Notes: a model not told the origin generated them from the sequence alone. A DNA stretch of 64,000 nt from Antedon mediterranea (GCF_964355755.1 NC_092671.1:10416001-10480000), one strand, 5' to 3'. Positions 31,457 through 46,600 are shown, counted from the stretch's first letter. Translations and numbers: made by a program.

Positions 31457-32747
31457 GTAAGTAGCAACTATCTAATTGTCTTTGTAATTTTTCTTGATTC
31501 TTGATAGTATTTATGAATAATCTCATTAAAAAAACAATATACAAATACAGGAATTCAATTATTTTTGTATCAAAGTATTAATCTTTTGTATTTCAAAAAT
31601 AAAAAGAATATTGAAAAAATTAATTATTATTATTTACTAATCTAAAAAATATGCAATGATTACAATTTTTGTTTGTGTTTATTGACAAAGGGAAATTTTG
31701 TTGATAAATCAAAACAAATGAAATAGTAAATTGTGTAGTTATAGAATAAACTAAACTTTTAAAATATGAAATGAGATATTAAAATAACAAGTTTATAAAT
31801 ACTATGTTACTGTAGTTTGTATTTTCATAATTTAATTTTGGTATAAATTGTAAAAACAAAATTGCAAGCGCCTGACCCTAATGTTATTTCATATTTAATT
31901 TTCAAATATTATTGTAAAACCTGTTTTTTTTAAAACTTACTTTTTAAATGGTCAATTGAAAAGGTTACATGTATAAAGTACAAGTTCTGTATCCATTGTG
32001 CTTTTGTTTCCTTAATTACTCTTGAAATGTCAATGAATGTTAAAGACAATACCTTAGTTTCTTTTAAGTACTGTAGTTACTGTATTCCTGGAATTACCTT
32101 CCAGTAAAACTAATTATCATTAAGATTAGGATTTTTTTAAGGTTTTGTAAAGATTTAAAACCATATGTTTGGAGTTTATTTTTCACTTTAAAGTATATCA
32201 TTTTTGCTTTATTAATGCACTGCTGAAAAGATCACTATAAAATATGTACTACACACTACCATACATAACACAATTACTATTCAGCAACCACCCAACCACA
32301 CCCACACCCCCTCTCACGTGACTCCCACTTGGTTAGGGCACTAATGTGCTAGTACTATTAGTTCTATACTTAATAGTAAATAGTAATAGTAAATATTTAC
32401 TGTGGAGGATCAGGTTCAGGAGTGAGGTTGATTATGTAGGAGTTGATAACTAACGTGCATATAGCTTTGTTACTATTAGTATTTTGTATATAATTGTGTA
32501 GTGGGGTGTGGTGGTAGGACCAAAATAATATACTTTCTAATAAATTACTTTGTATAATGTTATCTAGCTTTCTTGGTAACCAAAAACATTAATTGGCGTA
32601 GTGGTGTTTAGTAGGACCCCAATAATATTTTCTAATATTTTGAAATACTTTTGTATACTGTATATTGAACTCTCTTTGTAAACAAAACATTATTTGATAT
32701 ATTATTAAACAAATATGTTTAATATTAATTAATGCCAGATTAATATA

Positions 32748-33593
32748 GGGCCTGTTTCTATTGAAAAATAAAAAAAGAACGGTTTTTTGGAAACCGGTTT
32801 CGGCTGTTGTTTATAAATAAAGATCGCGTTGCAGCTCAATTTTTACTCCAATAAAACCGGTTCCGTCCATGTGCGTTCGTTATGAATGACGTCATTATAT
32901 ACACCACAATGCAGTTCGTTAGGCGGAAGCGCGATTTGATCGTGGTCATGTTTACTTTTTTTCGCATAGCGCGATCCCCAAGAAATAGCATCCATTTCAT
33001 CATAGAAGGGGAATTATTACCTGAAACGTTATTGTGGTCCTTGGTTAAAGTATAGGTACGTCGCACCCTCTGATATTGTCAAGTTGAACTCGTCTATTTT
33101 TCACACGCTTTACAATATTCTTAAAAACATGTAGGCCTATACGTGAGTCTTTCTTCCGACTCCCGACAAGTCCCCTCATCTTCTTTCCTTCACATATTTT
33201 TTACGAACCTCGTAATGGCATCGGTCAACATTTTTTAGTTAAATAAAATACTCACTATCTAGAGAAATAAAAATGACTTAGGCCTAGGTCCTATCGCGCG
33301 AGTTTGACTGCGAGATGACCGCAATCATCCCAGTGCAGCAGACTGCAGAGTTCAGTTTTTGGGGTCAAATTGAGACCGCGATTGTGTTGCAGCTAAAAAT
33401 TGCTCCGCGGAAACCGGTTTCAGAACGGTTCTTTGCGATCGAGACCGCAATCAATTGGGGTTTTTGAAACCGTTTTTAAGATCGGTTCTTTTTTGTGGTT
33501 TTTTGTGGGGACCCATTTCTGCTGGCAAGAAAAAACGGTTCTTGAAAAGAACGGTATTCAAAACCGTATTCTCTGCTCTATAGAAACAGGCCC
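32748..33593. mobile_element. Harbinger-like non-autonomous element, 846 bp
   Basis: TIR GGGCCTGTTTCTAT / ATAGAAACAGGCCC, 3-bp TSD ATA and subterminal AACCG/CGGTT repeats. Confidence 0.8.
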
Positions 33594-34620
33594 ATAGTTA
33601 CCGTTATGATATTTTAATATAATCCTTATTTATATTAGTAAAATGTCCATAAAATAGAACATTTGTTGTCATGACAACGGTCCCAGTTGGTCAAAATGGC
33701 ATATGTTAGATTCAAAGGTCAGAATTTTAGTACCTATAATATCAAATTAAGAAACGCTTGCTAATTGCTTTACTTCCTCTGCAGCCAGTTAATTATGAGC
33801 AAAGTACAGACTTATAGTCCATTATAGTTTTCTGTTGATGATGTATAGATACAAAATTAATGAAAATACACTTTATTGCTCAAATTGAGCATTTCCGGAT
33901 GGTGTGTGTCTTAGGAGCCAGAAGTTTTCTTACTTTGATTTCTTGATAAATTTGAGAGGATTTAGGAATTGACAACTTAATACTATTGGATATTAGAGAT
34001 TTTTAACAAAATGTATTACAGTACAGCTAAGATTTATGTAGACAAGAATCAGGCAAGTTGATAGCATTTTACTTTGTAATCAAGAAAAGTAGTCGGATTA
34101 ATAATCAAACATCAGCAACAAATCATCTTAACTTTGTTTTAGGTCAATTATTTTAATTGAAGTTAGTTTAAAAAAAACTTAAGCAAATGTATTTTGTTCT
34201 TAAACCCTTAGATGATGAAATTATTTCTTTAGATTTAAAAAAAATTGTTTGATAAAATAGTAAAGCCTTACATTAAAAGACACTGTTACTGTAGGGTATA
34301 TTATCCTCTTACTTTAAACTTATTTTTCTCTCCAGCTACATACGATATGTTTTAAGTTTTAACTCCATTCCATATTAAACAGTATTGCGCAAATTCCAAA
34401 AGGAAGAAAAAATGTTTAATCAACCCTGAATTTTACTTAACAAATTAGTCTATAAATGTTATATATTGTTATTTATTATTTATTTGTACTAATAGTACAT
34501 TGCAATATCTAACTTTCTTTGTAAACAAAAACATTTTATATATACCACTAAATTACTCGTTGTCAATTATTTTCATTTTATTAGTTATGGGATGACATTG
34601 ATCCAGTTGTCATAAGGAAA

Positions 34621-37600
34621 ATGGAAAGTTACAAACGTGCTCCCTCCTCTACTAGCCTTTTAAGTAAGTTGATCAATATGTTAAGCTCTGTCTACACTAT
34701 CAAACTAGTGTGACAAAAAAGTGTGATGTGCCCAAATATGGTAGTGATATGTTTAAATTTAGTAGTGGTATGACATCATCATGTCCATTTATAGGCACAT
34801 CACACTCTTTTGTCACATAAAGTTTGATAGTGTAGACAGAATATACTTTATCTCCTGATTTAAAAACTCATTACAGTGACAACCATGACTTATATTTTGA
34901 TGGTCTTGTTTTAAATTATTTTCATTTTTAGAAAGTACAGTGAGTACAGACTTATAGTCCATTTTAGTTTTATGTTAAGGATGTATATACTAAACTTATA
35001 TACACGAAAATACACTTTATTGCTCAATTTAAGCATTTTCAAAAATCTTGTTAAAAATTGTTTTAATTTTTAGAAAGTAGAGTGAGCGGGATTCTTGAGG
35101 TGCACCCAATGACACCATTAGAACAAGAGGAGGAACTGAAAGAAGCAATGAAGACGCCGCTAGCTGCCGTCAGTCGCCAACGCCTGCGCGCAATGCAGAT
35201 CAACTTTCGTCGTTGTGGTTCTGTGGATAATTGTATATCCAGCAGGGAGTTGATGAACGTTTTTAATGAGCATAATTTGGGAATACCAAATAGAACATTC
35301 CAGATGTTGATAAGTCAATTTAACGAAGGAACAGGCATCAACCATGAGAGACTGTGGAAGTTTTTGGTAGAAGCACAATCAAAAACAGGTAAGAATTAGA
35401 CTTGTTCACACCTGGAAGTTGCATCAGTCATCATGCATATCGGCTGCTGTCCATTTCAGCCTCCATTCTTGTAGGCCTACTACCATAACAAAATATTTTG
35501 TTAGGCAATTGTGATTGGTAAGTAAAGCTGGCCTAACCCTTGTACACAATAAAAACGATTATTTCCATAACCGGCGGCAGAAATAATTGCCGGCCAAAGT
35601 GATCAGACATTATTATTCAATATTGAAAATACAAGACAGAGCAAATAAATTGATTTGTAATAGAGTTATTACTGTAAAGATCAATATTACATTAGATTTT
35701 TTACTTCAGTGAAATAATATGTGAAAACAAATCTTAAAAATTGAATTGAAAACTGAATTGATGAGTGAACTTGTAGTGGGTGAAATTGTTGCTTTTGCCC
35801 ACTGCAAAAAAAGTATAGTTTATTCTGTTATAAGGAAAATAAATTCTGATGTTTTGTTACAGTGACAACACCAACTCCTTACTTTCTCAAACCAATATTA
35901 ACTAAAATTTGATTGTCCAATTAGGTCGAGACAGTGTCCAGGCTATTCACAAGACACACAATCATTATATGGGGCATAGATTCAACGAAGAGCTGTCATC
36001 TGCAGACAGAGCCTTACTAGAGAAAGTACACAAGGCATTGATGTCAAGCAAGGAATATGATCTAATTGAATTAAGGACATCATGCGAAGATAAGGACCCA
36101 AGTAGAAATGGACAAATCCCAAAGAAGAAGGTATGTACTACCCAGACCTTCCTTTGGAACTCTAACAAACTTTCATCCCATATATATTAGGCAAACCGAA
36201 AAATGTCTGTTTTTGGCATTCATTAACGTGTTGGTAAAAATATTTAGTTGATGACAATAACAGTAAATCGACTCCTACAAATGACTGTTTTGAGAATATT
36301 ATATTTTAATATATAAACACAAAATTAGTCAAACATAACATGTTTATTCGTGTTAAATAATAATAGTATGAAAATAAAGGCTGCTTATTCAATGCTATTT
36401 TCCGTTACATAAGCCAACTAATAAACTGTATGATAAAATTATTTTTTGCACAGTCACTAGGCAAATCTAGTGTGATTATAAATGTCATTTATTTTAGCTT
36501 CAAATAACGCAGAACTCTTTAGTTAGTAATTCTCATTTAATACAATTGGGTATTTAGTTGAAATACATTCAATGTATTGATTCTGTTTGAAGGTTCGTTT
36601 ACGGTCATATTATATTGGGTTGTCATGGTTACATGATGCAGTTATTAAGTGCAAACTTAAGTGCCAGTATAATGCGGCATGACTTTCAAACAGTATAAAG
36701 CATGTGGGCTGTAAAGACATTTATTAATACATATTACAAAGTTGATTAACGTTGTCATTTTAAAGTATTGAATTTGGAAATGCATGGTAAACGATAAATT
36801 TTAATTTATATAATTCTTGTATAATTCTTTTCTACTTTCCAAAAATATAAGCATAAAGCATATTATTAGATTATATTAAAAACATTTTTTTTTTTCAAAT
36901 TTTATATAAATTAAGATATTCATATTTTCATTCTCTTTTTAAACAACTGAGTTTAAAATTATCTAAAAAACCCAAGAATTTCAAATAAATATATCCACAG
37001 CATTTTTGTTACTAATTTGCCATTGGATTTATAAATTAAAATCAATATAGAAATGAAATTGTTCAGTAATAGGAAAATTAATATAAAAAAAATAAGTGAT
37101 TTATTTATTGTATCATAAATATATATTAGATTTTGATAGAAATGATTAACAATATGATAATACCAAGCCATAAATCAAATTGATGTCCTAATTTATATTC
37201 AAATTGAAAAGAATATTTTTAAATATGAACATTGTTACTTATTGATTAGTTTCTTTGAAGTATTATAGTTACCATAGTAACTGTCTTTGTCAACAAAGAT
37301 GTTTGTTATTGAAACTAGTTGTTAGTCAAATTGAAATGGGCACAGATCATTATTTATAATTGCCATCTTTCAAATTTTCAATTAAAAATAAGTTTGAGTT
37401 TGTTATATATAATGTATGTCTGTCGACAGTAAAAATTTATATTAGCAATATAGGTCAAAGTTGACCCTCTAATAAGTCTATGCTTAGATTAACAATGATT
37501 TTATCAAGCCTGGGGTAGGATTATATTTGAGCAGAGTAAATTGTTGATCATGGCTGTCAATCATATTGTTTTTAACACAGTTTAATGTATTATAATTATT

Positions 37601-40600
37601 GATATTAAAAGAATAAAATGTGACAAATGAAGTAAGAAACTTGCAATCTGCCACAGTCTAGCTATGGCGATATCAAACTATGATTTTAAAATGGTCTTCC
37701 AATTATCTATGCATGGTCGACGAACTGTGGTTACACTGAGGAATTAACATTAAAGTTATTAATAATCCTTTAAACACAACGTTGTACCATCCCTATTTTA
37801 TAACCATTTTAATTATTCTAAAGTTTAAGCGAATCGTTGAAGAACAGCATCTCCCATTATCTGGTGCTTTGTTGAATAATTTGTTAAAGAAGTGTGATGA
37901 AGAAGGAAATGGGATGGTCAAGTAAGTATTTTACACCAATAAAGATAAATAAAGCTCTGTCTACACTATCAAGCTTTATGTGACCAAAAAAATGTGATGT
38001 GCCCATATATTGACACGATGATGTTATATCACTACCATAATTAGACATATCACTACCATATTTAGATACATCACACATTTTTTGTCAAACTAGTTTTGAT
38101 AGTGTAGACAGAGCTTAGGAATGTTTTGCTGTTGTCAGTGTTGACATTAAGGAGCTTGCAATTTGCGAGGAACAACGACCAAACTATGACATATTAGTTC
38201 ATTGTGAGCATGTGGGAATATTCAGAAATGTGTTGTCGCTCCTCACCTCACCGCAGGTTTGATGATTTTTAAGTCTAGGCAACGCCCGACAACATCAATT
38301 GACCAGAACTAGGTTGGTCGTCGGTCCTCGGTCCTCGGTTGTCTCAGATCGAAATCTCCCTATTCTTTAATGATATATTGTAGTTATTATATTACTATAC
38401 AAAATTGTATCAGAAAAACCAAAAGTAACTCAAGGCAGAAGATATGTTGAGAAGCACATCAGAATCTTGAAAATGATTTAAGAGATCACAAAATCTTTCA
38501 TCTCTTTATTTAGAATTACCTTGTTTATTCTATCAAACACAGTCATTTGATAATCTGTTTAAAAGTCAACACTATACAAAACAGTACATCGAAGGAAAAT
38601 TAAATTAAATGTATCATTTTTGTTTTAGCTGGTTTGAGTTTATGGTCCTCATGGAGAAAGCTGAACATCTGAGTATTGCTCACACAAAGACACCAGAGCC
38701 AACGAACCAAACTAATCAAGTCTTAAAATCAAATGCGCCCAAAAAAGCAGCTAATAATTCAGGTCCACCAGGTAATTAAGCTACGTTCTAAAATTAAGCC
38801 ATGTTCGCACTAAGTGGCTAGATAAATGATCATGTAAAACGGGTGTAATGTTTAAAGCTCGGTCTACACTATCAAACGTTATGTGACAAAAAAATGCGAT
38901 GACATGCCCATATAATGACGACATATCACTACCATATTTGAGCATATCACTACTATGTTTGGGCACATTGCACTTTTTTTGTAAAACTAGTTTGATAGTG
39001 TAGACAGAGCTTAAAAATAGAACTGTTCACAATAAACTCTGATGAGAGATTAAAAAATGTAACATCACTATAGTTACTGGACCAAATTCGGGTGTAATGT
39101 CATTAGTAGTTTTTGATTGAAAATGATTTCAGGTTGGTTAACAAATGGCAAAGTGATCCTAAATAAATATTTTGATTGGCAATAATTTTTTTACTTTCAG
39201 GAAAGAAATTAAATGAAAAAACTACAGGACCTGTTAAAACAAAAGGTAACATTTTGCTTGTAACTTTTTTGACTAGTGTTAATAATATAAAAAAAAAAAA
39301 ATTAAATGATTGATTCAGATTATTCAGATTTTGACCAAATATGGTTTTAAAACTGATTAGATTTAGATTTAGACAACACAAATCAAACTGGTATACAAAG
39401 TACAAACTTAATAACAAACTTGTTACATAGGTACAACACTTAATGCTGCTTCTAATGTAGTACGGGCATCTGTTTCCTCCAGAAAAAATCACATTACACT
39501 GAAAGGTAGAATTTGGAAAAAGTTGATAAAATAATCATTATTTTGTAATAATTATCATAAATATCATATATTTTTCATATTTTTAGCAACTTTATAAACA
39601 TTGGTGTTTCAAAGCATTTTTTGTTCATATCCAATATTTTGTAAATTTTCATATTTCATACATATTTTCTAGCAAAGCATTACTTTTACACAAGTTATTG
39701 TTGTCTTTCAGGTTTTTATAAAATTAAAAACAATATTATGAATTTCTATTATTTTCCTTCAAAACACTTTTATTATTTTAAATAATATTGAACATTATTT
39801 TAATTTCAAATTTTCTGAGGCATGCATTTATTGGGTCATATTTCATTATTAATGTACTTTTTTCATATTTTTGTTCAAATATTCACATGTTTTAACACTA
39901 TAGATACTTTATTACACAGTAGTTGTAAAACATATTTGCATTTTATAATTTTTTACCATGTTGATGTTTATAAAATTATATTCAATAATCATGTAATAAT
40001 TCATTAAATCATATAATCATATGATCATTTAAAAAAAAGTTCCACTGAATAATATACTGTATGTAGAGGATTCTTGAATACGATCAGATAGAAATTTTAA
40101 ATTCTTCTGTGTCTCTTTGTACTATTGTCAGTATATGTATTGTTAATTAATGTATATGTAAATAAATCTATGTTTATTTTTCTAGGAAAACAGACAAATA
40201 ATAACACTGGTATAAAGAAACCAATCATTGAAGAAAAAGGTACATTTTACATATTGTATTCACAAAGAAAAAAAAACTCATCAAATAATAATTGTGAACA
40301 AATCAGATGTGAATTCTCCACCAATCATATACTGTATGTTTCTTTGCCAGAAATATAAGGACACAAGCTTTGCAATTCAATGTGTATTAAAGATAAGACT
40401 ATTGATATTTTTTTGACAGTTTGTCAATTTTTAAATTCAAAATAAACAAATCCAAAAAATCTAAAGTTCTTAAATCTATTTAAAGCGATTTTTCGCTGTT
40501 GGATGTGGTTGAACTGAATATCTATTAATTTAACTTAATTTAATTAAATTATGTACCGTATATATAGAAAAGGCAACAGCGTCAGAACAGAGTGGAAAGG

Positions 40601-43600
40601 GAAGAAGTAGCGTTTTGTCAAATGAATCTGGAAAAGAATCAGGTCGCAAAGGTTAGTATTAAATATCTCTACATTACTAATTTTAGTATAATAAATAATA
40701 AACTAGTAACATTTTTTTTCATATATTGCATCAAAAATTGGCGACAACGAAAAGTATTATATGTAAAACCTATAAACAGTACCACATTTTAAATATTTTT
40801 GTATATAGCATGATACCTTTTAGATATTTGTATTGTTTGTAAGTGTTTTTATTTTAAAAGTTTATAAATATTTAGTATGTAATATACTTGGTCTTCATAT
40901 TTTCATTAATATTTGACATATTATTTGTTTAACAAATTAAAAGTCAAGAACATTTTCTCAGCATATTGGATCTATATTTTTAATACTGTTTATGTACGCC
41001 ATAAAAACATATTTTTATATTGGTATTTTAGAAAATTCTATGATAAAAATCCAGTTAGACTGTTTTCTATTGTTTTCCAATTGATAACTTGTTTAAAATC
41101 AATAAAAACACAACAGTCTTTTTGCATCTGTCATTTGAAATATACTAAGATCATGCCTTTCGTAATAATTGAAAATATGAAGAGAGTAATTTCTTACTAA
41201 CATGCTGAGATTAAAATTTCTTTTATCAAACGAATATTAAAAGGGAAACGTTAATGGTAAAAAAACAGTTTGTTCTTCCTCTCATGAACAGCTTCAGAAA
41301 TATGACCTAGAGGGGAAATTCTGTTTAATTACAGGGTCATATGTGACTTAGTTGGTAGCATATTATAGCATGTTTAACCTTATATCATTATGTATATTTC
41401 TTTTGTTTTGTTTTCTTATTGTAATATTTTGCATGTGTATTCAATTGTGTCGTAGTGACATTTAGAACAGGGGATACTTCTCCCTCGTCCAGTTGTAACT
41501 CAAGTAGAAGGGGGTCACTTTCGTCAGTGGCCGGAGAATCTGATTTATTGAAAGGTAAGAACAGCCATCAACCTATGTAACATACACAGTTTGCAAAATG
41601 GTGAAATGTTGAATCCTGGTTCATTCAATTTGGTGTCCTTGTTTTATATACTTTTGGCTTACTCTAATACATAATTAATATAATTATCTGATGTGATGTT
41701 TTCATACGTATGGTAGAATTATTTGGAGGATATATTATTTCTTGACTTAAATATTCTATGTTCTATTCTGTTAAGCTCTACCTACACTATCAAACTAGTT
41801 TGATAAAAATCGTGTGATGTACTCAAATATGATAGTGATATGCCCAAATATAGTAATGCTATGATATCATGTCCATATTTGGGCACATCACATTTTTTTG
41901 TCACAAATGTGTAAACATAACTTTAATCTCTATAATTGTTTAGGAGCTGCACAGCAATCTCCTCGAATTGGCAGTGCAAAGTCGAAGGCATCAAGGCCTG
42001 GAAGCTCGACCCCAGGACAATCTAGGCCTGGTAGTGTTGGTCCTGGTCAGACTAGGCCCGGGAGTTCAACTAATGGGCAATCTAGGCCAGGAAGCTCAAC
42101 TCCAGGCCAATCTAGAACTAATCCAGGGGAAGATCAAAGTCCCCGTCCAGGCAGTCGAAACACTCCCAATTCATCAAGAAGAGCATCACTCACTAGTCAA
42201 GGTAAATTTCTTGTTCCATATCAGCCCTTTAAAAAAATTTCTTTTAGTTATAACTATAAGTACACAAAATGATATTTTGTGTTCCAGCATGTGCCAGTTG
42301 TGTAATGTTATTTTATCAATATAAATTTGAATATGTAAACAGAATGTATGTTTTATATAATTATTTAATGATTAATTAAAAACATTTCCCAGCAAGCTTA
42401 CTTGAAATAATAGAAAAGGTTGGTCAATCAAAGGCAACCAAATTACCAAGTCTGAGCGCCTCTCTACCACAACTTTCTCGGTATTCTGAAGATGAAGATC
42501 GTTTGAACTTTAGCACTCTCTCATTGAAAACACTATCTGAAGTTGACATTACTCAGAGAGCTAACCAGCTGCCAGGACTGACAATGCCACTACATCAGCT
42601 GTTAGTTAAAAAAGCAACTTCAGATGTTCCTCCTTTGAAGAATGGTGACCTTAAGACGATTTCAGAAATCAACTCTGATGTGGCTAAAGTAGATTTGATG
42701 GCAGAAGATGATAAGATTGCGGATTCTGGTGTTGATGAGCCAATGTCTTCAGAGAAGACTGATGAAACTAGAACACCAGGAATGGAAACAGAGCCAGGCC
42801 TTGAAACAATCATTGAAAGTGATCAGCAGCCATCACCAGTGGAACACCTTGACATTCTGGCAAAGAGTTCTGATATTGCCGACAAATCAAAAACTGACAA
42901 ATCTAAACCGGTTAAAAAAGTTGAGTCAAGTAAGACGGTTGTAAAGAAGCCTCCAAAACTCACTAGACCTACACCAAGTACCACAGCTAAATCTGGTAAA
43001 GCAAAAGGAACCAAGGATGATAAAGGTACACCATGGTAGTGATCAGGCGGCATGCATCTTTGACGTTTTGACAATCTTTTCAGTAGTTATTGTGTTCATT
43101 GTATTCTTTGTGTTCTTATCCATTCTCCATCCATTTTGTAGATACTTGTGAAATTAACACGTTCAATGTTGCACTCATTGGTATTCTAAAGCACTACTAA
43201 TATTTACTTGACAAATTAATAGTCAAGATAAGTTATAAATGCAGTTAATGTAATGCAATCTTCATTTATAGTATCAATTTTGATATTAGCATACTAGAGT
43301 TATGAAAAAAACAAAGATTTTTGATTGTCAGTTTGTCCTTTGAGACATCAGAAATTTGGAGTGTTATAGATTTGATAAATTAAAGAACCAACACTTAGAA
43401 ACATCTACAGTATGTATTTGTTTCAGAGTATAATACTGCAGATAATACTGTTGAATACAACTATTGACCTTTTATTACCAGCAGGAAACGTGTTAATAAA
43501 ACAAGCATAGTCAAATATTGTAGTTTAGTGAAACTGCTTTAGAAACTAATACAAGTAGTTGATATTAAAAATGTAGAATTCAACATTTTCATAAAGTTCA

Positions 43601-46600
43601 TTTATCTAGTGTATTGTTATGTTACTATGGAGACAAAGCATGTTTAACAAAATGGAATGTAAAATCTAAATTAGTTTGTTGTAGCATTCATTTGTGTTCA
43701 TTTTCAGCGTCCAAATGATTAGCATCCTTAAATTGTAGTTGATTTCTAAGAAATTATGTATACTGTTACAATAACATTTTTTAATGATTTTGTATGAAAT
43801 AAAACATCTAAGTAAGTATGATATACTATGGCTAAGATAGATTACACAGATCAAGCATTTAGCCAGAGGGTTTAAAAGAATCTCGCCCCCACCACACTTT
43901 TCTTGAAGTTTTTTTTCAAACTAAAGACCACATTTTTTTTTGTTAATCCTACCTTGCCAGCAAGCAAACTTATCTAGACTAGGCCTAAATCTATCTTTTC
44001 TTTAGTCTCTTTACGTAAAATTCCTGACTATAGCAGATCTTCTTCAACAAACATGAGCCACTGTGTACCATGGCGTGAAACCTCAAGTTGCATATACCTC
44101 TCACATCACATCTTTCACCTATACATACCAACATAACATTTTTATCTAGGTACTGGTTATTCGTCCAGATGAAGTTTGTTAATAATAATCTTAATTATGA
44201 GATATATAAAATTTACTTTTTCGTTTGTAGGTGGAAAACGTGCGAAGAAACCACCTCCACTTGTGAAACGAACTGTCAAGCAAAAAGGTAAGCATATTTT
44301 TTTTTTTACTTTTTATAAACTATGAAAGTAGTTGGCAGCCGTCTGTCTCGAGAGACAATAGGTATGCGCCCTCTATCCGTCATTCGGTGCAGGGTCACAG
44401 CGCCTGCTGTGACTAGCCGTTTTTTACAACAGCACTGAAGTGACCTCTCCAGGGCGCACGCCTGGGCGAAGAAAAATATGGGGACCCTGCGATGCCCAGT
44501 CAGCAGAATCCCCCTCTCGGCCTTTACCGATAAAGTCCATAGGAGAGCAGAGCAATACGTATGGTACCAGTTTGGCTGCAGAAGCTGCCGGAAGGAGATC
44601 GAGTCAATGTTCCAAACCGCCTTAGGGGCTTCACTCCGGATTTGTCCTTGAGGTTTACTCCTGAAGCCTTTTCCAGGATGGATATAGCCGCAAGGCAGCG
44701 GAGGTTTAAAATCAGAGTTTTCCTTCTCCTAGGTGAACTGCCTGTCACGGCTGATGAACTCCACCTGTCCAAGTAAGCTTCTGGTTTTGAGGCGCCAGTG
44801 GCTCGCCTCCGTCCTGAAAGTAGTAATTATCAGGAAATACTATGTTACCTCTTTGTAAATAATATAATAGTATATCTGTAGGCCGACACTCTTGAGCCAT
44901 GGCGGTATAACATTATTTGTATATCTCCAGGCCTGAACCTTGTTTGATGGGTTGTGAATTTTACTGAATTCTAGATTCAATTTGTTTTCCAGATCCTAAA
45001 CTTCCACACAGTATGTCAATGCAGAACATGTCATCTATTTCTGAAGTAACAACCGAAAGAGGTAAAGGATTATTGCTGTTTTATTATAATATCTTATCAT
45101 CAAATAATTCATCTTATACAGTATAATCTTTGGAGTTTTATTATTAATACATTTTGTGATTTTTGACAATATTTTGTTTTAGATATGCCTCATAGTGAAT
45201 CAAGTCCAAACTTGATTGGCGTGATACCAAGCAACGAACTCGAAGATGAGACAGGTATAAATACATTATCAAATATAACAGTCAACTCTATGTGACAAAA
45301 GAATGTGATGTGCCCATATATGGACATGATGATGTCATATCACTACCATATTTAGGATATCACTACCATATTTTGGCACATTACATCTTTTTTATCAAAC
45401 TAGTTTGATAGTGTAGACATAAGCTTTAGATACTTACTTTGACTCCACCTAGGGTATACTGTAGGCCATCATGCTATTCAGAGTCGTGTTGTCATTCCAC
45501 ATTCTTTTTGTGGTGTCAGTATATAGGATTCGCATGCAGGTGTTCTTTGGAACTTGGTCTATATTTTGAGTCCTCTGGTCTTGTGGATTCCATGTCAGGG
45601 CTTGGCAGTTTCATTCAGTGTTTTTATACTGGAATCTCTTAATACACCAATACACTCACAAAATCAATCATTCCCTAAGGTTCCATAGGTCCCAATGTAT
45701 ACTGCAACACTTTCCAATAATAAAAAAGAAACATCATTTGGGTCCAAGAGTGTTTTTTGAGAGAGTTGACAGTATGTATATTTACATTCATCTTCTTGTC
45801 TTATTGCATTATAATAGTTTTATTAGTTCTGATGATCAATATTGCGATATCATAAATAATGTTAAATATATATTCATAGCAATAGGCTGGCGTGTGTTTG
45901 GTTATTTACTTGACTTTTTATAGTCTTGTTATTCAGTATATATTGCTGAGAATTTAATATCATTGTTTGTACCATGGAGTACTTATTCTTTACTCCATGT
46001 TTGTACAGAGTAAACAACCAGTTGTTGAGTTATAAGTTGAAAATAAACTTTGAAAAAAATGTATGCATATTGAGACTGACATGTTCTGTCTGCAATAAAG
46101 TCTATTAGAAAACTATAGGGTAATCATATTGTGGCCAATATTTTACCATTTCAATGTATTTGTGCATGTCAGTCTAAGGTTCTGTCTACACTATCAAATT
46201 AGTTTAACAAAAAGGTGTGATGTGCCCAATTGATAGTGACATGATGTCACATGTCCATATATATGCACATCACATTTTTTGGTTTGATAATTTAGACATA
46301 GCTTTACACGTTTAGTAGTTTCTACACGTCATACAGCTGTAGTAGAATACAAAGTATTGATATATTTTATTTAGACCTTTCTGAGAGCCCTTTAAATCAG
46401 AGCCTATCATCCCAGAACTCAATAGCAACAGCAACACAAGCACAAAAAGGTAAACACAGTAACTGAATATCAATGGTAACATTTTATTTTTGGGTAATTG
46501 TTCATTTGATAATAAATAAAGGCCTGCAACAGTGTACCTTTATTAATAAATAATATTTATTTTAATAACAAATTTATATTTATTTAAAATAATAAACTTT

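Noticed and set aside
44745-44825. Plus-strand CTGATGA...GAAA as a hammerhead
   Set aside because: No stem II closes onto GAAA, that GAAA belongs to the TSD, and stems I and III cannot be formed.
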